64,000 nt of DNA, from assembly GCA_951406725.2 (NCBI GenBank), contig OX597828.1, forward strand, positions 30,256,001 through 30,320,000, read 5' to 3'. The notes under the pieces were generated by a model. The model was given only the letters and a program-made list of their open reading frames with translations. It made no database searches and was not told the DNA's origin. Shown here piece by piece: positions 54,651-64,000 of this stretch; the stretch's first letter is position 1, and every line of letters starts with the position of its first letter. A program made the translations under genes and the position numbers. Source of the stretch: Octopus vulgaris. Its lineage: Eukaryota.

Positions 54651-55157
54651 CAACACGGAGATATACATCAAGTTCGTGGAGGAGATAGCGCTGTCCAGGG
54701 TCAAGAGGGTGGTTGCTCGAAGACGCTTTGTGACTCTACATCATGCCACACAAGTAGGAGAACCCAGTCATGGCCGTCAGATAATCTCTGTGACCTCTTC
54801 ACTACTAACAAGTAGCCACCTAACTCGTCAGACTACAATGCCCTTGATTATTATGTGTCAGGTGCAGTTGAGCGAGAGACTAACAAAATTCCTTGTAACA
54901 CCAAAGATTAACTGAAGGAACGGATTATGGCAGTATTCAACAGCTTAAACAAGGAGACCGTCCAGGAGAGCTACAGGAGATTCCGAAATCGTTTGGCGGC
55001 CGTAGTTGAAGCCAATGGCGATATAACTGAATAAATTTATTTTTGAACATTTCAAGATATTTTTATGTAATTTTGGTAAATATATCTATTAAAATAAGTT
55101 GTTAGTGGTATTTTTATTTTTGTATAATTTAGACGATAATTCATTCAGTGCATCCGG
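54647..55157 (+). mobile_element. 3' half of a maT/DD37D transposon (same family as 44645-45497)
   Basis: LNTEIYIKFVEEIAL..PLDYYVSGAVERETNKIPCNTKD*LKERIMAVFNSLNKETVQESYRRFRNRLAAVVEANG. The right TIR ends cagtgcatccgg-ta. Confidence 0.85.
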
Positions 55158-56750
55158 TATATATATATATATATCTATATATATATAATTAATAATAAAA
55201 TATTAGGGAATAAATCCAAACTTATAGGGAAAAATCAGATTTAGGATTAAATCCAATTTTATAGTATAAATATATTATATTATATTAAATTAGAGATAAA
55301 ACCGCTATTAGGCAAATCAAACAATGAAAAACATAAGCCAATACATAAAATTAATTACTTTATATTATTTTAAATATATATCAAAATATATGCGTGTGTG
55401 TGTGTGTGCATAATGTAATATAATATATGAATTAATAGAATCGTGTGGTTATCAAAGAAATCTCCTCTAGAAGACTCAACTAACAGATCACATAGTAATG
55501 CAATAAAGAACTGTTTATTGCAGAGTTCTATGCCGTTCAAATCCAGGAGATGAAATTATTTCATGAGTGGTGTATAAAACATAAAACGTCAGGATATATG
55601 ATAGGTAAATATATTTATTCAACCACTTGCAACCCTTAAGATTACAGCCGTTACGCAGTCTTCTTCTTGTAACAATAATTTCCGTGTATAATAAATTATA
55701 TTTACATGTCTTGTTGATATTTATGTTACGTGTTATACAGAATAATTGTTTATTCACAAATTTATGCTGATAAAGAAATCTAGCTCATCGAATAACCAGA
55801 ATATCATACTTACATCAATGATTCTATCATAAGTATACATACAACTTTTTTGTTTCATACACACTATGTCTGGAAGACCGATACTAGATGAAATTAGCTA
55901 GGCATAGTTAGTATAAATAAAGATGTGTTGTTTCATATCAATTAAGGTGCTTCATCTAAGTTTAGGGAAAGTGGCCACCCTTAATGTTAACAAGAAAACA
56001 AGAAGTGGTAAAGAGAGGAAGTAAACTATGTATAGTAAAAATAAAAATATCTATAAAATAGATTAAAAAGCGTACGTCTACGTTTAATGAAATATAATAT
56101 GAATTAATCCAAAAAAGAACATACAACTGGAAATATAGAAATGAACATGCGATAGTAATGAACAGGGATGATTTTGAAATAGCGTTAAAAGACCAAAATA
56201 CCACACGTAAAAGATTATGGACTTTAATTTTAATTACCTTATCTAACCACACCTCAGAATAATTTCTATTTTAATGAATACTTGAGAAATCAAAACACTG
56301 CCCACGCATACATAGAAGCATAAGCAAATCATAATTAGTATTCTTTAAAGTACATAACCACAACCATACACCTGAATACTCGAATAACATTAATATACTG
56401 ATACACCACACGGAGACAAAAGTAGCAGACACACACACGCACACGCAAACATATATGTACCTATAGACACATAAACATTCATAAAAATATAGATATATGC
56501 ACGCACATATATGCATAGTACATCATATGCAAGCACATTCAGCTGCAAACCTACCAATATACGCAAATATGAAGATATACCCTTATATACGCATGTATAA
56601 AAACACAATGCAAATATATACATATACTCACATATATAAGGACTTCTGTGTATACATATATAAATATATACACATGTGCACACGCACATATACATCCATA
56701 TCTATATACATCTACACATATATACATTTACACACATATATATGTATATA

Positions 56751-56844
<94 letters not shown>

Positions 56845-57108
56845 CATACCCTCGTGGATATGTATAGAATTTTTATATAAATGAACATATGTACAAAGAA
56901 CAATATAAATGCAAATTCACGTGCCTATTTAAATAAACTAATTTAAAAATTGAAATATACAGGCATACACTTAGACAGATATGGAAACGTATATATGCAT
57001 ATGTACATAAGTGTAAGGATACAGCTATATATATATATATATATATATATATGGATATATATGTGTATGTATATATATATATGCACACATATAAATATAT
57101 ATATCTAC

Positions 57109-57144
<36 letters not shown>

Positions 57145-58770
57145 GCACACATATAAACGTATAGACTTACCCATATTCACAGATAAATGGATGTACATAC
57201 ACATATGTTAATAAACCAAGTAACTTTACGGACTTCGTATAGAAGCATATAGGTACAAATATGTAGCCGGTCAAAAGCTAAAAAATTGCATTAGGCTGAA
57301 TTGGCCATGTGAAATTAAAGATTGCATTTCATGAATCATGCATAATTCTCAAAAATAAATCATCTCCAAGATAGAGACAACGCAAGAAGGCAGAGACATT
57401 TCGAGTCTAAAAGTGCAGAACCACGCGGTCATTAGAAGGTAACAACTTCAATAATACATACAAGATAGTTCAGTCTTTAAACATGGATTTAATAGAATAG
57501 AAGGTTATACATCAATAGGTTAAACACATTTTTATAAATATCAGAATAAATGAATAATTCTCTGTTAGAATGGTGAGACCAAATCATGGTTAAACACAGT
57601 AGGGAATAAATCATTTACTTTGATCTAGATTATGGAATTTATTAGTATAGGTTTAATAATCAAGAATAATGTTAGGTGTAGTTAGCATATTCGAATGATC
57701 TTTACTTGAGCTATAAATATTATGTATTTGTACAAATAGAATAAATCAGGATATGGTCTAATAAGTTATCTATCGCTAAACCGAGAAGAACTTATAGTTA
57801 ACAAGAGAATTATTCAATTGCATTTATCATGATAGTTGAATAACAGCTGCCAATAAAGGGTAATAAGTACTTTTCCAAAAAGCAGAATATCTGGGTGTAA
57901 TCTAATGCACTATGTGTCACTAAGATTGGACCAAATTATGGTTAACCAATGTATGGAATTATTCAATTGCATTCGTATAGTTAATAAAGCTTATTTGTGT
58001 ATGTATAATAATTATGCGTAAGGTTATGTATAATTAGCATATAGGAATGATTTACATTTAAGGTGCTGGCGTATTACGAACAATTCATTACGTTAATTAA
58101 TATTATTTTATTTTATTTTATTTTATTTCTATGGAACGCCTGAAATTCACAGAGTCCACAACATCTAAATTTGTAATTCCTTACATTGGTTAACCATCTT
58201 CAGACATTCTATCATATGTAAAACTATTGTATAACACGTAGCAGGCATCATAACATATACGTATAAACATAATTGATTATAAACTGAAATTATTATTTGA
58301 AGAAGTCTGCGAATCGGCCTTAGTCTTAAGGATCAAATGTTATGAAATGAATATAATCAAATCATATATACATAATATAATATAATATAATATAATATAA
58401 TATAATATAATATAATATAATATAATATAATATAATATAATATAACGTAATATAATATAATATAATATAACGCAATATATTATAATATCTATATATCTGT
58501 GTGTGCATATGTGTGTAACTGCGTCATTCGGTCTGAGTATTTCTTAAAGACACTCAATGCTGAAAAAAAAAGCACTGAAGTATCTCAGTAGCAAAAGAAA
58601 GTTTTCTTTCTCAGTAATGTTGGCCAGTTACCGTTCTCCTCTTTGCTCGTGAGACGAAGTTTAACAAATTAAAATGTTATAGTGTGAAGCATTGAATACT
58701 TATTCCGTCGAATACATTCATTGATATAGAAACACACGTACACACAAACTCATAGACACACACACTCTCA

Positions 58771-58865
<95 letters not shown>

Positions 58866-60212
58866 CACTATGTATATCACGATTGAAAACATTCATCTTA
58901 GAAATCTTACATGCCACAATCGCCATGGAGTATTAACTCCTACGAACGTAAAACGTGAAAAACGAAAACTATAACCGAACCAAACGAAAATGATACAACA
59001 GCGATATTTACATTGCTAAGGGACATAAATATTTGGTGCTGTTCACATACTAAATTGTGAAACTAAAATAATGGAAAATACAATGTTCTATGAAATACTG
59101 GAAAGTGGAGAACGACAATGATTGGTCACGTGGGTGATTTCTTAAATCATTTTCATTAACCATCAATGTGTAGAAAATTTGCCCTTTGTTACGTTGATGC
59201 AAGTTCAGACATTTTATATAAGATAGAAGCGTGTTGTTATACGATATGGAGCTTCTCTGTAAGACATATATTGCTATAAGACATGCATTGCCATAAATTT
59301 TGAAATATATTCATATCATCAGGCACATACAGACACACACAAACACCTATAGACACACATGCATACATGCAGACATACATACATACGAACATGCATACAT
59401 ACACAAACACACAACACACGGACCAAATGACAACTTTTATTTTCGATTCCTTCTTTTAGATTTGTTTGACAAGCGAATTTCGTTGAAAGTTTGAAGGTGA
59501 CAAGACATAAATCCGTTGACAGGAATACCACAGCAAAATGATGTGTCTTGAATGCAATCGCTATAAAAATATGCGCTAATTTTGTTAGCTAAACTAGTCT
59601 CGCGACTGTTGTTACCCTGAATAGAATGTTTGGCCTATTCTATTTTAAATATTGTTATAGTTCTATGTTACTCTGTTGCGTAAAATATATTTGAATACAT
59701 AAGAATATTCCTATGTGGACTAAATATTAGCATCAGGATATTTTCAGTAAGCAGGTTAAAATTCTCCGAATCTATAGAAGTGCTTTCCATCATTTCACAG
59801 AACGACAGGATTTCTAGAGATATCTTTGATGTAATGGACACTTTACAACGTTAAAATAAATAAGAAGAGGAACGAGAGAAAGACACGTAGATATCTGTTT
59901 AAGATTTTTAATTTCAGTTCTGTTTTCATAAGTGTGTTTTTAACTAAAACTTAATATTATTCCTCTTCAAAATCTGATAATATCTATAGTTTTCCAAACG
60001 ACATTTATCTAATAAATTAACGAAATTAATGTACTCGCATTGAGACTAAACGGGACATTACAGCAAGTAATTGAACGCTGTTCATTCCGCTTCCTCTCCC
60101 CTCCTCTCATCTCCTTCACCTCCTCCCAATCCTCCCTACCTCCCCTCCCTGTCTCCCCTGCCTCGTCCCTCTTTTCTCCACCTCCTCATCTTCCTCCACC
60201 TCCTCATCTCCC

Positions 60213-60288
<76 letters not shown>

Positions 60289-60302
60289 CACTACTACTTA
60301 AT

Positions 60303-60812
60303 CTTTTACTTCCTCTAAGCGACCGGGTTCGGTCGTCTTCTCTGGGCCATCAGAGAACCCGCCGACGGCGACGCGGAATGCCGCCGCGCGTAAGCGAACT
60401 CGTTGGCCAGGTCCGAGGACCTCACAGGACCCATGGATCGGTAGTAGCGACTGGCGGTGTGTACAAAGGACAGGAACATGGTCAATGCGGGCTGATGACT
60501 CGCGCCTACCGGGAACTACACGTTCACGTGGTTAGTTCCAGGCCCCGATCCCTAACACGGGAGGTGGTTTGGAGGTTTCCCGACCCTCTCGGGCCGGGGA
60601 AGACTCGCCCGCTGATACCTCCAGTGTAGCGCGCTTGCGGTTCCGGAGATTTAAGGGAATCACAGATCTGTTATCGCTCCGCCTCATGCGGCTTTTTGCC
60701 GCATGTCTTTCTAAGAAGCGTTGCGTTCGCCAACCGACAGGCCCGGACGCGACGCCGTGCCGCCATAGGGCTTGCGTCGGCCGAGCCCACCGGGTCATCG
60801 ATGCCGCAACCA
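60303..60812 (-). rRNA. 18S rRNA pseudogene fragment (3' part, ~V7-V9), dispersed copy
   Basis: Reverse complements of universal SSU motifs with substitutions: cttttacttcctctaa, ggtagtagcgac(t)ggcggtgtgtacaaagg, ggg(a)atcacaga(t)ctgttat, tctaagaag. GC-rich expansion segments. No ITS or remainder of the unit. Confidence 0.92.
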
Positions 60813-61835
60813 CAAAAGTTAACACACTTCAATGAAAGTCTCATTGCTTATCGCACGATCCTTATCCGAGAAAACGTGGTATATGTGATGTATTTTTTAC
60901 AGTAGGTCGCATTCTATTTTAAGTACTTCAGTGGAAACGCAGTTACTGAATGAGAACCCTCTGAGTTACAATAGCTACAAGCGATGCCTCCCCGTTTTCT
61001 TTTGTGAAAAGATTATTTGTAGCTTTTGTATCGGATAAGGTGATAAATAAAAGTCAGAACGGAATTCTACTGGAAATGCGATTCAGAGATTCCCTCGAAC
61101 ACATCAAATCGGCACCTTCCCGTCAATGACAAATCATTATTATACATATAAAAGTAAACAAACCCGATGAAAGATAGGCTCAGTAGTACAATGAACCAAA
61201 TGTCCCATTCCAAGCAAATCCGTAGGGCCCCTGAAATCACGGAAATACATTTTCTATAATCAGCTGATCTCCCACAAATCCACTACTGATTTTCTCCTGG
61301 AGATGCCACACTTTAAAGAAAGAGGAACAGCTGATCTCTCAAGACTTTCAACAGAAACAGGACCACTTCACATTCACAACACGTGGTCAAAACACGTGGT
61401 CCTACCGAAAAAAACCTGAAATATGCTAGCAAGGAAATTAATTTATCCACAACTAAACTTGCCAAGAAATGAGACGTCAATTTGCCAATGAAAGAAAACA
61501 TTCTCTTTCGAAAATGCTAAACCAAGTTTAAGGATCAGTTTGGTTGATACCAAAGCCTGATATAAGCAATCTACCACCTCTGTCGTTGCCATAGCTGTCA
61601 ACGCTGTTTCTACAGACATTACTGTTATTACTAACATAACTATTATCGCTGTTGATTGTTCCGCCGTTGCTACGAGCCTTACTAATGGTGTCGCGTCATC
61701 AGTGCCTGCTGAGGCTTCTACTTTACTCAGAATTACTATCAACTTAACTACAACTACCGCTAGTAATGATATTGCCCATATCAATAGAAGCATTCCGATT
61801 AATACTATGGAATGCGGTATACTATCAAATCAACA

Positions 61836-62213
61836 GGAGGAAGCACTCCGTCGGTTACGACGATGAGGGTTCCGGTTGATCCGAATCAACGGAACAGCCT
61901 GCTCGTGAAATTAACGTGTAAGTGGCTGAGCACTCCACAGACACGTGTACCCTTAACGTAGTTCTCGGGGATATTCAGCCTGACACAGAGAGTGACAAGA
62001 CCGGCCCTTTGAAATACAGGTACAACAGAAACAGGAAGTAGGAGCGAGAGAAAGTTGTGGTGAAAGAGTACAGCAGGGATCACTTACATCCCCTGCCGGA
62101 GCCTCGTGGAGCTTTTAGGTGTTTTCGCTCAAAAAACACTCACAACGCCCGGTCTGGGAATCGAAACCGCAATCCTATGACCGCGAGTCCGCTGCCCTAA
62201 CCACTGAGCCATT
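61836..62213 (-). mobile_element. tRNA-derived SINE family C (RTE-type tail) with a 38-bp target-site duplication
   Basis: Head aatggctcagtggttagggcagcggactcgcggtcataggattgcggtttcgattcccagacc. Tail ..tcgtaaccgacggagtgcttcctcc. Direct repeats at 61798-61835 and 62211-62248 (37/38). Confidence 0.9.
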
Positions 62214-62399
62214 AATACTACGGAATGCGGTATACTATCAAATCAACAACCACCAGTCTTACTGATAATAAAACTTCTACAAGATAAGGACTTGAATATT
62301 TATTTATTTACATTTTAAGAAACGGATCTTTTCTGTTTGGCAGCACCTGTAGAAATTAAGTTTTGTGAAAATTTTAAAATATGGTGTATTGATGTACTC

Positions 62400-63110
62400 T
62401 GCCACGCAGAATCTCAGGTGCTAATTCACTTTTCCCAAACGCATTTTCCCAAAAAGATTCGGAAGCTGTCTTTTTGAGCGCGATTGCATGTGTTGTCAAC
62501 TCTGAACAAATGAAATATTGGCAGAATTCTGCGTTACGCACGCCATATAAACCCCTCATAACATTTTTTTTTTACATTCTGTAATTTACAAAAAAATTCT
62601 AGAAAAGGTTTTATGTATGTCCTCATCGTCTTTCTCTTTGGGTCTCGAAGAAATATTTGCATCATTAGGAAAGCCGACCTCTATGACGCTGCATATGCAT
62701 TTCTATCTGTCTCTCACAACAGCATATGACTATTTGCTCTTAGTAGGTTTTTGATGGGCATGTGCCTACAATATACCTGCTGCTGATATTTATGTATACA
62801 CTTCATAAAGAGATACTCTAAATTTATTCTAGGACAGACTGTAATTTTTTTCCGAATGGCTTTCTAAATCATTTTAGCGACAACGTTATGCTACATAAAG
62901 ATTCATCGTGTTCATAACATTTTCGGGCAATAGCTGAATACGTGTATGCTGAATACGTAATTGCATCCTGGGTGTCCTAGGGCTAAGTATATCCTGTTCT
63001 TGTATTGCAAATGAAAAATATTCGAATTTTGCAGTGACATGTCCGAGAGAAGCCGCTCTTAATGATGATATTACTAACGTTTTCACATTTTCAGGAAACT
63101 TAACCAAGCG
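62400..63110 (-). mobile_element. Second R4/Dong-like LINE C-terminal remnant
   Basis: VTAKFEYFSFAIQEQDI..VFSYCPKM..HNVVAKMI*KAIRKK..MPIK..CSVIEVGFPNDANI. Confidence 0.7.
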
Positions 63111-63455
63111 TCATCTTTATTTTATATTCTGAGGTATTTTGCGGGTTTATCTTTGTCCAGCTCTTTTGGGAACTATGGGAAATCGTCAGGAAAAAACTCC
63201 TTCCAAAGTAGCGCATATGAGACATTTAGGGTGGTAATCTTTTCGCTTTTTAAGTTATCGACTTAATGTATCTATCTTTGCTGTTGTTGTTCATCAGGTT
63301 ATATCTGAGGGAGGTTGTACGGCACAGAAGACATATATGTATGTACGTATATGCATATTAGCAAGTATGTGTGTGTATATGTGTGTGTGTGCATGTGTTT
63401 GTCCTTATTTATGTATGCATATATACATATATGCGTACACACACACATATTCTCT

Positions 63456-63489
<34 letters not shown>

Positions 63490-63509
63490 AATACATTATG
63501 CACAACAGT

Positions 63510-63865
63510 TGCTTCGCAACCACTTGCGTATCAAATTGGGAGTCTGCTTTACATCTATAACCTCGGGTCGACTAAATCCGTGAGAGTGTATTTGATAGAG
63601 AGATACTGAAAAAGGCTGATCATATATATATATATGCCTGTGTGCCTTTCTGTCTGTGTTTTCCTCACCACCATCGCTTGATAATCGATGTTGGTGTGTT
63701 TACATTCCTGTAAATTAGTGGTTCGGCAGAAAGACCGATAGAATAAATACTAAGCTTACAAAGAATAAGTTCTGTGATCGATTACTTCGACTAAGAACCC
63801 TCTAAGGTGGTGCTCCCGCATGGCAGCAGTCAAGATGAGTGAAACAAGTAAGGAATAGTAATGAA
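63510..63865 (+). mobile_element. Degenerate SINE family A
   Basis: tataacctcgggtcgactaaa..gaccgatagaataaatactaagcttacaaagaataagt..aggtggtgctcccgcatggcagcagtc..gaaacaagtaa. Confidence 0.75.
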
Positions 63866-63894
63866 TACATATATATATATATATATATATATAC

Positions 63895-63925
<31 letters not shown>

Positions 63926-64000
63926 CGTGTGTGGTTGTGTGTGTGTGTTTGGGTGTATTGCAACAAGCGAGGTAGTTATTTTCGTAGCGACCGAGTGTTC

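Noticed and set aside
57385-57445. Minus-strand CTAATGA...GAAATGTC hammerhead-like motif
   Set aside because: Stems I and II do not pair.
60378-60905. GC-rich ORFs on both strands
   Set aside because: They overlap the 18S rRNA fragment and are spurious.

Overview
AT-rich eukaryotic DNA saturated with microsatellites and transposon relics. It is most likely an intronic or intergenic region of an octopus (coleoid cephalopod) genome, inferred from the SINE families, the GC-rich expanded 18S fragment and the microsatellite load. No intact host protein-coding gene is visible. Almost all ORF-track entries are microsatellite artefacts. The main contents are as follows. (1) A nearly complete Penelope-like retroelement (RT plus C-terminal GIY-YIG, Hydra-type) at 1-3560 (-). 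It can be rebuilt into one ~898-codon ORF by correcting four lesions and carries a minimal hammerhead ribozyme in its 3' UTR. (2) Several small non-coding elements carrying hammerhead cores: a 361-bp retrozyme-like unit and two fold-back elements, one with a hammerhead on each strand. (3) Further PLE endonuclease remnants. (4) Mariner, maT (DD37D), MITE and Helitron relics, CR1, RTE and R4/Dong LINE fragments, and many tRNA-derived SINEs. (5) An intronless aldolase pseudogene fused to a transposon fragment, an 18S rRNA pseudogene fragment, and one candidate 99-nt host exon. All calls were made by eye from motifs. No database searches were run.
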